64,000 bases of DNA from an uncultured archaeon (GTDB lineage Bacteria; Pseudomonadota; Alphaproteobacteria; Rhizobiales; Xanthobacteraceae), in assembly GCA_963807355.1 (NCBI GenBank), contig CAWEBX010000023.1, positions 16,719 through 80,718 of the forward strand. The letters are read 5' to 3'. Numbering within the stretch: position 1 is the first letter of the stretch; each line of letters begins with the position of its first letter. Position numbers and translations under genes: made by a program. Shown here piece by piece: positions 40,564 through 52,654 of the stretch. Under the pieces are notes generated by a model. The model was not told where the DNA came from, searched no databases, and was given only the letters and a program-made list of their open reading frames with translations.

Positions 40564-43500
40564 ATGCGATTCGAACGGCGCTATACCAGGGACGGTCAAT
40601 CACCCTATGCCGGGATCGATTTCCGGCTGACCACGAGCGAGATCCGTAATCCGGATGGCTCCGTGGTGTTTCGCCTCGAGAATGTCGAGGTGCCGGAACC
40701 GTGGTCGCAGGTCGCTTCCGACGTGCTGGCGCAGAAATATTTCAGGAAAGCCGGTGTCGCGGCGCGCCTGAAGAAGGTCGAGGAGGAAACGGTCCCTTCA
40801 TGGCTGTGGCGTTCGGTCCCTGATACCGACGCGCTCGCCGCCCTCCCCGAGAGCGAACGCATTGTCGGTGAAACCTCAGCCAAGCAGGTGTTCGATCGGC
40901 TCAGTGGATGCTGGACCTATTGGGGCTGGAAGGGCGGTTACTTCACCTCTGAAGAAGATGCGCGCGCCTTCAACGACGAACTGCGCTACATGCTGGCGCG
41001 CCAGATGGTGGCGCCGAACTCGCCGCAGTGGTTCAACACCGGCCTGCACTGGGCGTATGGCATCGACGGCCCCGGCCAGGGCCACTACTACGTCGACTTC
41101 AAGACCGGCAAGCTGACCAAGTCGAAGTCGTCATACGAGCATCCGCAGCCGCACGCCTGCTTTATCCAGGGCATCGAGGACGACCTCGTCAACGAAGGCG
41201 GCATTATGGACCTGTGGGTGCGCGAGGCGCGCCTGTTCAAATACGGCTCCGGCACCGGCTCCAACTTCTCGCGCCTGCGCGGCGAAGGCGAACGTCTCTC
41301 GGGCGGCGGCCGCTCCAGCGGCCTGATGAGTTTCCTCAAGATCGGCGACCGCGCCGCGGGCGCCATCAAGAGCGGCGGCACCACGCGCCGCGCCGCCAAG
41401 ATGGTGGTGGTCGATGCCGATCATCCGGACATCGAGCAGTATATTGATTGGAAGGTGAAGGAGGAGCAGAAGGTCGCCGCTCTCGTCACCGGCTCCAGGA
41501 TCAACCAAAAGCACCTCAAGGCGGTGATGCGCGCTTGCGTCAACTGCGAGGGCTCGGGTGACGATTGCTTCGTGCCGGAGAAGAACCCGGCGCTGCGTCG
41601 TGAGATCAAGCTCGCCCGCCGCGCGTTGGTCCCTGACAACTACATCAAGCGCGTCATTCAGTTCGCGCGACAAGGCTACAAGGAGATCGACTTCCCGGTC
41701 TTTGACACCGACTGGGATTCGGAGGCCTATCTCACCGTCTCCGGCCAGAATTCCAACAACTCCGTGTCGCTGAAGGACAACTTCCTGCGCGCGGTCGAGA
41801 CCGACGGCGACTGGAATCTGATCGGCCGCACCACCGGAAAAGTGACGAAGACGCTGAAGGCGCGCGAGCTCTGGGAGAAGATCGGCTTCGCCGCCTGGGC
41901 CTCGGCCGATCCCGGCCTGCACTTCAACACCACGATGAACGACTGGCACACCTGCAAGGCGTCCGGCGATATCCGTGCATCGAATCCGTGCTCGGAATAC
42001 ATGTTTCTCGACGATACCGCCTGCAACCTCGCCTCCGCCAACCTGATTACGTTCCACGACACCGCCTCGAAGCAGTTCGACGTTGATGCCTATGAGCACA
42101 CCGTTCGTCTCTGGACGGTCGTGCTGGAAATCTCGGTGCTGATGGCGCAGTTCCCGTCCAAGGCGATCGCGGAGTTGTCTTACGAATTCCGCACGCTGGG
42201 TCTCGGCTTCGCCAACATCGGCGGCCTCCTGATGACCATGGGCCTGTCCTACGACTCGAAGGAAGGCCGCGCGCTGTGCGGCGCGCTGACCGCGATCATG
42301 ACCGGAATCGCCTACAAGACCTCCGCCGAGATGGCCGGCGAGCTCGGCTTCTTTCCCGGTCACAAGAAGAACGCTGGCCACATGCTGCGCGTGATCCGCA
42401 ATCACCGCCGCGCCGCGCACGGTCAATCCAACGGCTATGAAGCGCTCGCGGTCAACCCGGTGCCGCTCGACCATGCTTCCTGCCCGCAGCCCGATCTCAT
42501 CCCCCACGCGACCAGGGCGTGGGACGACGCGCTCGCGCTTGGCGAACGGCACGGCTACCGCAACGCGCAGGTCACCGTGGTGGCGCCGACCGGCACGATC
42601 GGTTTGGTCATGGACTGCGATACCACCGGCATCGAGCCCGACTTCGCGCTGGTGAAGTTCAAGAAGCTCGCCGGCGGCGGCTACTGGAAGATCATCAATC
42701 GCGCGGTGCCGGAGGCGCTGCGCGCGCTCGGCTATCGCGAGAGCGAGATCGCCGAGATCGAGGCCTATGCGGTTGGTCACGGCTCGCTGTCCAACGCGCC
42801 GGGCATCAACGTCTCCACCCTGAAGGCCAAGGGTTTCACCGACGAGGCCATTGCGAAGGTGGAGAAGGCGCTGCCGACCGCATTCGACATCAAATTCGCC
42901 TTTAATAAATGGACGTTTGGCGAAGACTTCATTCGTGACACGCTCGGCGTTGACACCGACGCCCTCGCCTCGCCGGCCTTCGACCTGCTCACGGCGATCG
43001 GTTTCAGCAGGCGTGAAATTGAAGCCGCCAACGTGCACATCTGCGGCGCGATGACTGTGGAAGGCGCGCCGCACCTCAGGGCCGAACACTATCCGGTGTT
43101 CGACTGCGCCAACCCCTGCGGCAAGATCGGCAAGCGCTATCTCTCGGTCGAAAGTCACATCCGCATGATGGCGGCTTCGCAGCCGTTCATCTCGGGCGCC
43201 ATCTCGAAAACCATCAACATGCCGAACGACGCCACGGTCGAGGACTGCAAGTCGGCCTACCTGCTGTCGTGGAAGCTCGCGCTGAAGGCCAATGCGCTCT
43301 ATCGCGACGGATCGAAACTGTCCCAGCCGCTCAACTCGCAGCTCATCGCCGACGACGACAGTGACGACGACGCGATCGAGGCGCTGATGGATAAGCCGAT
43401 GGCCGCGCGCGCCACGCAGGTGGCGGAGAAGGTCGTCGAGAAATTGGTGGAGCGTATCGTGGTGCTGCGCGAGCGCGAGAAGATGCCGGACCGCCGCAAG

Positions 43501-44305
43501 GGCTACACCCAGAAGGCTGTCGTCGGCGGGCATAAGGTCTATTTGCGCACTGGCGAATATGATGACGGCCGCCTGGGTGAAATCTTCATCGACATGCACA
43601 AGGAAGGCGCGGCGCTACGCTCCTTCATCAACAACTTCGCCATCGCGGTTTCGCTCGGCCTGCAATACGGCGTGCCGCTGGAGGAATATGTCGACGCCTT
43701 CACTTTCACCCGTTTCGAGCCGGCAGGACCGGTGCAGGGCAACAACTCGATCAAGTACGCGACCTCGATCCTTGACTACGTGTTCCGCGAGCTCGCGGTC
43801 AGCTACATGAGCCGTTACGACCTCGCCCACGTCGATCCGTCGGAGACCGGCTTTGACGCACTCGGCAAGGGTGTGGCCGAAGGCAAGACGCCGGAAGGCC
43901 AGCATGCCACCCGCTACGTGTCGAAGGGCCTGACCCGCTCGCGCACCGACAACCTCGTCGTCATGCGCGGCGGTGCGCCCTCTCCCCTCGCGGGAGAGAG
44001 TTGGAGCGGAGGGGCCAACGTCACCGCCCTCTCCTCCTCGCGCGTAGGCGACACGCTCGAAGGCGCGACCGCGCTGAAGCAGGAGACCGAGCACGACCTC
44101 TCGCCGACCGAGCGGCTGGAACAGCAGCAGAGAAGCAAGGCCGCCGCGCATGCAACCGCACCGACCAAGGCCGAACGCCGCGCCGAAGCAAAAGCAAGAG
44201 GCTATGAGGGCGAGATGTGCTCCGAGTGCGGCAACTTCACGCTGGTGCGCAACGGCACCTGCATGAAGTGCGATACGTGTGGACTCAACGACGGGGTGTT
44301 CGTGA
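40564..44305 (+). CDS. nrdJ: vitamin B12-dependent (class II) ribonucleotide reductase
   Basis: [53 protein letters not shown]-terminal CSECGN...CDTCG; STTGCS-stop restored by removing one base. Confidence 0.97.
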
Positions 44306-44659
44306 GGATTTTGCCAACCGACCGGCGAGACGACATAGCTGCTGCGGCCAGGAGACGACTACCTCCGCCGCGAGAACCTACTTCAGTTTCAAAAACAAAT
44401 TATTCATTGGATCAGAGTGGCTCAGAAACACTGTCTGCCGACGCTCTGATTTTGGTCTCAGTGAGCGTGAATTGAGCATCAGTGTAATACGTGACGGGCT
44501 TCGTTAGTGTTGTCAGCAGCGGGGGCGACGACTGCGGCGAACATGTGTTGAAGGAGAGAGATCGGGGTATCGACTGTCTATCTCGACCATTACAGGCAGA
44601 TAGGACCTCCGTGGGAAACCCTCGATCGGAGGCGAAAGAGCTTCATTTAGGATGATCTT

Positions 44660-45430
44660 ATGCGCCTTCACGGAGCGAAGCTAACAACCAAAATACAAGA
44701 ATTTGCGACTTACTCGGTACGGTTCAACGAAAAAATTCCTCTGTTCGTAATTGAACGCTCAGTTCAACCCGGCTCCATTGATCTTCAGTGGATATGCGAG
44801 GTCGCCGCAACTGCTCAAACGGCTTTCGCAGCTCTGCCAGCCCTATCCTTTGGGATCAAGGATGTTACGGGCCTTATCAAAGCGTGGCTCGATCTTCTGA
44901 AGTTCCTCAAGAGGCAGCCGCCGCAAAAAGTCCAAAATGTCACGAACGGAAATGCTCTTCAAATTGAAAACGTGACTGGGCAAAGCACTATAATAAACTA
45001 CAACACATTTATTCTGAACGGGATTTGGCGGCGATGCTGAAAAGCTCTGAACCACCAATTCGACATGGCGCAAAAAACTCGAATTGAAACAGGGTAGGCG
45101 AAAAATCGGCTCTCTATGACGCGGCCGGCTTATCAAACTTCCGAGCAATCAAACCAGACAAACCGCTTGAGAGCGAAATCGAGGCAATACTTGAAGTTGT
45201 TGCTCCTGTCTTGGAAGGACAGGGCATGTGGCGCGTTCAGAAAATATGGTCGCATGTCTATAACGGCGCAAATGGTCGACGAGGACTACAAGCAACGTGT
45301 CTTTAGGTGGGACGGAGAGCTCTAGTCATGGCGACCGATTACAAGCCAAGCTCAAAACTGTTCAAGAAAACCTTGGAGATAAAATTACAACAAAGCACTT
45401 CATTACTAAAGTTATCGAGCGCGTATAGTT
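44660..45430 (+). pseudogene. AT-richer hypothetical gene in several frameshifted pieces
   Basis: pieces PGSIDLQW, ILEVVAPVLEGQG, ITAQMVDEDYKQRV, HGDRLQAKL join into one plausible protein. Confidence 0.5.
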
Positions 45431-45496
45431 AACCTGGCGCATGCATTCAACCGGCGATGTTCGTAACTTCTTGCTTGGAGCGATTGGCTTGATCAT

Positions 45497-45960
45497 ATGG
45501 TGCTTCGGCCATTAAGTCATATCGCTGGAAATTGGGAAGTGCGTTGGAACCACGATGAAAAGCGATATCGAGCCCGAGCCAGAAGTTTTGCCGAAGACCT
45601 CAATGAAGTAATCGAGCTTATTGCGATCTGTCCTAGACCACTGAAATATCATGACCATGAAGATGTGCTCGCCGAACGTGTCGTACGAGAACTGAAATGG
45701 CCTATTCAAAAAAGAGGAGGACGTTGGATCGGAGGAGACTATCCCCACAATCCTTGAGCAAGGATCATTTAACGATTTAGATCAGAGAAACCTGATAGCT
45801 GCCGCAGCTGGTCGTGTACGACGCTGCATTGGACCGCGAGCAAAGACATTTTGATGAGATGGAGGAAAGCCATCTCTATATTTTGGCAGCCCTAATTTCC
45901 ATTATAATCTATCACCGGATTGTAATGGAGCATCAAAGCTATTTGCACAGAACGATGAGA
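45497..45960 (+). CDS. AT-richer hypothetical protein (frameshifted)
   Basis: ORFs 45497-45757 and 45814 onward appear to be one gene. Confidence 0.45.
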
Positions 45961-46358
45961 ACGACATGGCTTGATGTCCACTATGGCAAGCTTTGGCTTT
46001 TCGACTCTGCCTTTCCACCGACCGTGTGCGTCCGATCAGCAAGATGGCTCATGGATTCCGTTTTGAGCACCTGCGTGCGTAGACGCCTCAGCGTAATCCG
46101 CCGCGCTTCCTCCCTCGACGAACAGACTACCTCACAAGCCCAGCAGCGCTCATCAAATGCCGAGCTGCTTGAGAATTACCAATCCGACGAAGAAAACAAC
46201 AAGCAGTAGCGCGCCACCTATCACGTAGATGTTCTTGCGGCGTTTGCTCATATTCGGCGCCCCGTTGTATTCTCGCGTCGAGCTGCGCCATTCCCGAAAA
46301 TCATTCATTGTTCACACCTCCGTCGTCGTCGGCCGTAAGCCCTGTGCATAGTCAGCGC

Positions 46359-46731
46359 TTAGCGCACACTCACCCGCACGTCCACACCGGTCCGATCGGC
46401 GTCTGCGTCCAGCACGGGCCGATGCTGCCGCCGTTGTAGCGGCCGCGATAGAATCCGGGCCGGCCGAAATAATACGGTTGCCGTCATACCAGTAATAGTG
46501 CGGGGTCGGCTCGATATACCAATGACGCCGCTCACGGCGCGCATTGCGTAGCACCGATGCCTCCTGCTTGAACAGCGGAGCCGCGTTGTTCAGCGGCTGA
46601 TGATACCCCGGCAGAAAGCCGTAGGTGTGCGGGGGATGCGGGTGTTTTTATGGTCGGTGCGCCGCCACCGCGGAAACCGACGGTAGCGGCAGAAGGACGA
46701 TGACAATCGATAAACACAGGAGGCGCGACAT
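46359..46731 (-). CDS. small secreted hypothetical protein (frameshifted)
   Basis: MSRLLCLSIVIVLL leader, GFLPGY and aromatic-rich YYWYDG segment. Confidence 0.45.
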
Positions 46732-46811
46732 GAGCCGATCATAGAGCAGTCGGCGGCCGCGAACCATTCAAATCCTCGAAAGCGCGGCTGCGCCTCACCG
46801 GCGCGCGATGC

Positions 46812-47569
46812 TCAAGCAGCGCCATCCTTGCGGGCTGCGATGCGAGCGGTCTTGTTGCTTTTGATTTTATATTGCGGATCGTCTTCGGATGCGCGGCGGG
46901 TGTGGCCCTTGTGATCTCTCCCCACAGCCGAAACCCGCCCTCGAACGCGTCGGCGTTGTCGCCACGGCGCGATTTCGGCGGCAGCTTGTCGAGATGTCCG
47001 ACATTGCCGCCGCCGATCAGCACGTCGTCCGGTTCGAGCGCGGCCGTGAGCTGCATTGACGATATCGGTGACGTGCTTGCGCCATTTCTTGTTGCCGCGG
47101 CGTTGCCGTCCGGCCTCGCCGGCATAGTCCTCGTAGGTCTTGCCCTTGCGATACGGCAGGTGGCCCAATTCCATCGGCTCCAGTTCGCCATCTACGATCA
47201 TCGCCGAGCCAAGCCCGGTGCCGAGCCCGAGAAACAGCATCCGGCCGCCCGTAGCCGCCGAGCGCCTGCATCAGCGCGTCGTTGACGACCTTGGTCGGTT
47301 TGCCGAACGCCTTTGGAAAGTCGAAGCCCTTCCATCCCTCGCCGAGATTGAAGGGCTCGCGCAGCGGGCGATTGCCGCAGATCGGGCCGGGATAGCCGAT
47401 CGAGATCACGTCGTAGGACCAGTCCTTCGTCAGCGCCTTGACCTTGCGCACCATCTGCTTTTGCCGTGAGATCGGGTCCGGATTCAAATTCGCGTTTGAT
47501 GCGGTCCTTGCTGGTCATCATCTTGACGTGAGATCCGCCGACGTCGATCGCGAGAATGGTTCGGTTCAT
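46812..47569 (-). CDS. ROK-family / polyphosphate glucokinase-like protein (frameshifted)
   Basis: ILAIDVGGSHVK, SIGYPGP, VVNDALMQALG, LFLGLGTGLGSA, MELGHLPY, IGGGN. Confidence 0.88.
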
Positions 47570-47766
47570 TTGGCTGGAGCGTGCTGATTTCATTTGTTCG
47601 TCCTCAAACACCCGCTGCACGCCAGCGTTCCTTCCAGGATGCCGATCAAATACGGCAGAGCTTTCCGGTTGCGCCCACGCGCTTGCAGCCGTTCGCATTC
47701 GGGCCTAACTAGCTGCAGTATCCTGCCTTTTTCACTAACGGACTCGCTCTTCCGGAGTGCCTCTTG

Positions 47767-48640
47767 ATGACCGACGCCCCCTATACGCCGCCCAAAGTCT
47801 GGACCTTTGACAAGGAGAATGGCGGCAGATTCGCCTCGGTCAACCGTCCGACCGCAGGCGCGACCCACGAAAAGGTGCTGCCCGTCGGCAAGCACCCCTT
47901 TCAGCTTTATTCGCGGGGAACGCCGAACGGCCAGAAGGTCACGATCATGTTCGAGGAGTTGCTCGCGCGCGGCCATCCCGGCGCGGAGTACGACGCGTGG
48001 CTGATCCAGATCGACGGCGAGCAGTTCGGCTCGGGCTTTGTCGAGGTCAATCCGAATTCGAAGATTCCGGCCCTGATTGACCGCTCGAGACCTGAGCCGC
48101 TCCGCGTGTTCGAGTCCGGCGCGATCCTCCTGCATCTAGCGGAGAAGTTCGCGCGATTTCATTCCGAGGGCAACGGCGGCGCGCGCGGAATGCCTGTCCT
48201 GGCTGTTCTGGCAGATGGGCAGCGCGCCCTATCTCGGCGGCGGCTTCGGGCATTTCTACAACTATGCGCCGGAGAAAATCGAATACGCCATCAATCGCTT
48301 CGCGATGGAAACGAAGCGGCAAATGGACGTGCTGGACCGGCGGCTCAAGGACAATGAATATCTTGCCGGTACTGAATATACGATCGCCGACATCGCGGTG
48401 TGGCCATGGTATGGCGGCCTGGCCGAGGGCAGGCTCTACGGCGACAGCGCCACCTTCCTCGACGTCCAAAGCTACAAGAACGTGCAACGCTGGACCGCGC
48501 AGATCGCCGCTCGGCCTGCGGTGAAACGTGGCCGCATCGTCAACCGCACATCCGGTGATCCCGCGAGCCAGCTCCACGAGCGCCACGACGCCTCCGACTT
48601 CGCCACCCGGACGCAGGACAAGCTCGTGAAGCAGGGTTGA
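47767..48640 (+). CDS. yghU: glutathione-dependent disulfide oxidoreductase (GST family; one frameshift)
   Basis: YTPPKVW, TPNGQKV, NPNSKIPA, FESGAIL, MGSAPYLGGGFGHFY, LHERHDASDF. Confidence 0.93.
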
Positions 48641-48688
48641 CGCCCTGCCCTCCTCATTTGCAGCGAATCCGAGCCGGAGGCTCCTTCA

Positions 48689-49369
48689 ATGCACGGAAAG
48701 GTCATCGTTATCACCGGAGCCTCCGGTGCGCTGGGCAATGTCGTCGCGGACACCGCCATCGCGTGCGGCGCAAAGGTGGCCGGCATCGACCGCGCTGCGC
48801 GAAACAGCAGTGCTACCGCCGATCGGATCGAATTCGGCGGCGTCGATCTGACCGACCCAGAACAAGCCCTGCGGGCCGTCGATGCGGCGGCTGCGCATTT
48901 CGGCCGGCTCGACGTTCTGGTCAATATCGCTGGCGCGTTCGCGTTCGAGACGATAGCCGACGGCGACTCCAAAACATGGCAGCACCTCTACGCGATCAAC
49001 GTGACGACCGCGCTGAACGCCTCGCGGGCCGCGATCCCGCATCTGGTTGCATCCGGCGCCGGACGTATCGTCAACATCGGCGCGACCGGAGCATTACAGG
49101 CCGGCGCCGGCATGGGCGCCTATGCTGCGTCGAAAGCGGCCGTGCATCGGCTGACCGAAGCGCTTGCCTCCGAGTTGAAAGGCAAGGTGACCGTCAATGC
49201 CGTCCTGCCCTCGACGATCGACACGCCAGCCAATCGCAGGGACATGCCCAAGGCGGACTTCGCGACGTGGGTGACGGCCGACGAACTAGCAAATGTCATT
49301 CTGTTTCTGGCCAGCGATGCGGCAAGCGCAGTGACCGGGGCGTTGCTACCCGTGCGCGGACGTGTCTGA
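48689..49369 (+). CDS. short-chain dehydrogenase/reductase
   Basis: TGASGALG, NIAG, YAASK. Confidence 0.92.
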   Translation: MHGKVIVITGASGALGNVVADTAIACGAKVAGIDRAARNSSATADRIEFGGVDLTDPEQALRAVDAAAAHFGRLDVLVNIAGAFAFETIADGDSKTWQHLYAINVTTALNASRAAIPHLVASGAGRIVNIGATGALQAGAGMGAYAASKAAVHRLTEALASELKGKVTVNAVLPSTIDTPANRRDMPKADFATWVTADELANVILFLASDAASAVTGALLPVRGRV

Positions 49370-49522
49370 AGTCGCGATTCTTCTGGAGCGACTCTCTTGT
49401 AAACGGTCAACCGGGTTTTTGGAAGTAACCTACAGTTCTTAAGGCTCTTGTCATTCAATCTTGCGGCGTGTAATGCTGCTGTATTACTATCCTACTGGCG
49501 ACTATGGATCGAACGGCTTGAC

Positions 49523-50133
49523 GTGACCAGTTCCTCTCCCCCGGAGTTTCCCACAGGGATCAGCAACGATGCATGCGCGCCGCAGCAGCTATTCGACTAC
49601 GAGGATTTGCTGGCCTGCGGCCGGGGCGAAATGTTCGGACCCGGCGAGCCGAAACTTCCGTTGCCGCCGATGCTGATGTTCGATCGCATCACGGAGATCA
49701 CGGAAGACGGCGGGAAGTACGGGCGCGGGCTGGTGCGCACTGAGCTCGACGTCAAACCGGACCTCTGGTTCTTCCACTGCCACTTTCAGAACGATCCGGT
49801 GATGCCCGGCTGTCTCGGTCTCGATGGGCTTTGGCAGATGGTGGGATTTTATCTGGTCTGGCTCGGCCGCGACCGGCATGTGCGGGCTCGTGCCCTCGGC
49901 CTCGGCGACTTGAAATTTACAGGGCAAATTCTGCCGCACGTCGCGCAAGGCTTTCCTACACGGTGGACATCAAACGGGTGAGGCGTTCGAGACTGGTGAT
50001 GGCGATTGCCGACGGCACGATAAGCGTTGACGGCGATATGATCTATCACGCCAAAGATCTTCGGCTCGGCCTGTTCAAGCAGCCTTCCGGGCTCGCCGAC
50101 TTGAACCGACCACTGATAAGATCCGGCTGTTGA
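49523..50133 (+). CDS. fabA: 3-hydroxyacyl-ACP dehydratase FabA (frameshift near 3' end)
   Basis: [48 protein letters not shown]. Confidence 0.9.
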
Positions 50134-50154
50134 GTCGGCCGGAGCCGATGCACC

Positions 50155-50850
50155 GTGGAAACCTCGCTTTATCTTCCGGTCAAACGTCATCTTGAAAGCC
50201 TTGGCTTCACGGTCAAGGGCGAAGTCGGCGGCTGCGATCTGGTTGCGCTCAGCGGTGATGATCCGCCGATCGTCGTGATCGGCGAATTGAAGCTCAGTTT
50301 CAATCTGGAATTGATCCTGCAAGGCGTCGAGCGCGCCGGCGCATGCGACGAGGTCTGGCTTGCCGCCAGGCTGTCGATGAACGGCAAGGGACGCGAGAGC
50401 GACGCGCGCTATCGCAACCTGTGCCGGCGGCTAGGGTTCGGAATGCTTGGCGTGACCGACCAAGGGAGCGTTGAAGTGCTGGTCGCGCCCTCCGCTGTCA
50501 GTCCGCGCCGCAATCCCAAGAAGCGCTCTCGGCTGGTCATCGGAGCACCAACGCCGCAAGGGCGATCCAGTTGCCGGCGGCAGCACACGGACGCCGATCA
50601 TGACAGCGTATCGCCAGCAGGCACTGGTTTGCGCAGCCGCAATGGCCACCGGTCCATGCCGCGTGCGGGATCTCAGAGCTGGAAGCTCCGGACGCCGGAA
50701 AAATCCTTCTCCATAACGTCTATGGATGGTTCGACCGCGTCGAGCGTGGAGTTTATGCCCTGACCGACGCCGGCAGAACCGCGCTGAAGCGATGGCCGCA
50801 GGGCATATCCGAAGCAGCACCGATCGCCGACAAGCCCGTTCTCGGGCTGA
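50155..50850 (+). CDS. DUF2161-like PD-(D/E)XK protein (frameshifted)
   Basis: ETSLYLPVK, VKGEVGGCD, GELKLSFNL, LCRRLGFG, IMTAYRQQAL, NVYGWF. Confidence 0.85.
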
Positions 50851-51172
50851 GCTCGGGCCGTCGCATGCAGGGTCTTAAGGCAAAGCGCGGCCATGTCGCA
50901 TGTTGCTTTATGCGCGACTTGGCAATGTGCGAAGCGCGTCAAAATGCATAGCTGTTTTGCCACGTTAGATCCCGTATGAGGTGCACATCGAGTCTCCTGA
51001 CCTAAAGCAGGATGAGGTTTGAACTTTCCGCTTCTTTTGACATCGAAAAGTGCGGATGCCGGAGACAATGGTTCGAAGAGCCGTCGTTCTTTGAACGACT
51101 GTGGTCATGTCGCGTTGAGGCGTTTCACGTCAATTTTCATGGGCTGAGTTTGCCCAACCATTGAGGCGAACG

Positions 51173-51472
51173 ATGAGCGAAGGCTGGCATACAAAATTTG
51201 GCATCCGGCGGGTTCGCCACGATCCTCCCACGTTGGAGGAAGCCATCTTCGCGGCTACCGGGATCACCGACGATCTCGACTCGCAGGCGGAGATTGCGGC
51301 ATCGCTGATTGGAATGCCGTTCGATGTCGTTCACGCAGAGGTCAAGAAGACCGCTCGTGCTGTTACGCGGTCGCCTACGACGCGCGTGATTGCGGGTGAA
51401 CAGGGCGCGATGCGCTCGGTCGTGGTCGAGCGCCGCGTAGTTCGCAGATTTGCCAACGACAGGCGACTATGA
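51173..51472 (+). CDS. conserved hypothetical protein
   Basis: RRVRHDPPTLEEAIFAA...AEIAASLIG...VVVERR. Confidence 0.75.
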   Translation: MSEGWHTKFGIRRVRHDPPTLEEAIFAATGITDDLDSQAEIAASLIGMPFDVVHAEVKKTARAVTRSPTTRVIAGEQGAMRSVVVERRVVRRFANDRRL

Positions 51473-51600
51473 CGCGAGTCGAGTCGAGATTAGCTTAGCT
51501 GCAACCGCACTATTCTTCCGACTGCCCTTGCTTACGTTCTTCGCAGCGCTGAAAATCGTGTCACGAGAATGCGAATTGTCGCTGCTACGAAGGATATCAG

Positions 51601-51846
51601 ATGCCGAAAAGTCGCGACCTGCTTCTTTTGATAGTTGGCACACTGAGCATTGCGGCGTCCGCCGCACACGCCTCGCAAGTTGCGCGGGAGATCGACGTCG
51701 ATCATCTGCGGCTGGGCGAACGCATTCTTGTCGATGATGGATCTTGTCCGGCGGGGCAGATTAAGGAAATCTCCGGTACGAAACTGACCCCGGCCGGCGT
51801 TGTTCCGGCACGCAAGTGCATATCGCGGGTCGGCTCAAAGCGGTGA
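51601..51846 (+). CDS. small secreted protein (DUF6719-like)
   Basis: signal peptide, LRLGERILVDDGSCPAGQIKEISG...RKCI. Confidence 0.7.
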   Translation: MPKSRDLLLLIVGTLSIAASAAHASQVAREIDVDHLRLGERILVDDGSCPAGQIKEISGTKLTPAGVVPARKCISRVGSKR

Positions 51847-51888
51847 ATGCGTACCTCCGTCGCATTAACATCGCCTTCGAACGGGACA

Positions 51889-52449
51889 CTAATCGGAAAT
51901 GAAATCCCCGCATTTTTGTACGGTCGTGTCCGAGGCGCCCCATGGCATGATCGGTACCGAGGACGTCGAATTCTGTGGTGAGCCTTCGATCACTCGGTCG
52001 GAATAGACCATATAGACCAGCACGTTTCGTTTCGCGTCACAGCCCCGCACGATCTGCATCTTCTTGAAGAACAGCGAGCGCCGCTGCCGGAACATGTCTT
52101 CGCCCTGTTTCATCTTTTCCTTGAAACGAATCGGCCCCATCTGGCGACAGGCCAGCGAAATATCCGAGACCTCCTCCGCCAGTCCCAGCCACCCCTTGAT
52201 GCCGCCCTTCTCCGGTACGGTGAAATGGCACGCAACGCCCTCGATCTCGGGATCATCGACGCCATAAGTCGCAAGCTTGTCATTCGGTGTCAGCAGCTTG
52301 AAAACCGTCGAGCGACGAAAGATCAGGTCGGGCTCGTCTGCCGCATGGGCGTACGTTCCGGCGAGCATCGCCACCGTCAGGATGACGAAGGCCAAAAGAG
52401 TCCGAGCCGTTCGGCGCTTTTCATCACGAATCTGAGCTCGAAATGTCAT
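51889..52449 (-). CDS. creA: CreA-family protein
   Basis: DDPEIEGVACH, GLAEEVSDISLACRQ, SLFFKKMQI, VLVYMVYSDRVIEGSPQNSTS. Confidence 0.88.
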   Translation of the reverse strand: MTFRAQIRDEKRRTARTLLAFVILTVAMLAGTYAHAADEPDLIFRRSTVFKLLTPNDKLATYGVDDPEIEGVACHFTVPEKGGIKGWLGLAEEVSDISLACRQMGPIRFKEKMKQGEDMFRQRRSLFFKKMQIVRGCDAKRNVLVYMVYSDRVIEGSPQNSTSSVPIMPWGASDTTVQKCGDFISD

Positions 52450-52654
52450 CAGGTAGCTCCGTTTGCTGAGTCCGGCCTATGTAAGTTCTTCGAGTTCCCG
52501 CGGAAAGATCTCGACCGCCGAGCGAGCCGAGAATTAGATTCGTGTGAAGGATTTTACATTATTTTAAGGAAGCCAGCCGGAGAACCGACACAGACCGGTA
52601 GTGAAGTGAAGTCGGAAGCGACTAAATCTGAACCATGATTCGAGGAACGTAGAC

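Noticed and set aside
41131-43599. 822-aa antisense ORF, and similar ones opposite uvrA, dnaE2, maeB, aspS and rnd
   Set aside because: Shadow ORFs expected from GC-rich codon bias; no protein motifs.
44306-44475. C-terminal extension of NrdJ
   Set aside because: Removing one base restores the usual CGSTTGCS-stop at 44305.
51889-52449. creA as part of a CRISPR CreTA system
   Set aside because: Name collision only; this is the CreA protein family, 40 kb from the repeats, not the antitoxin RNA.
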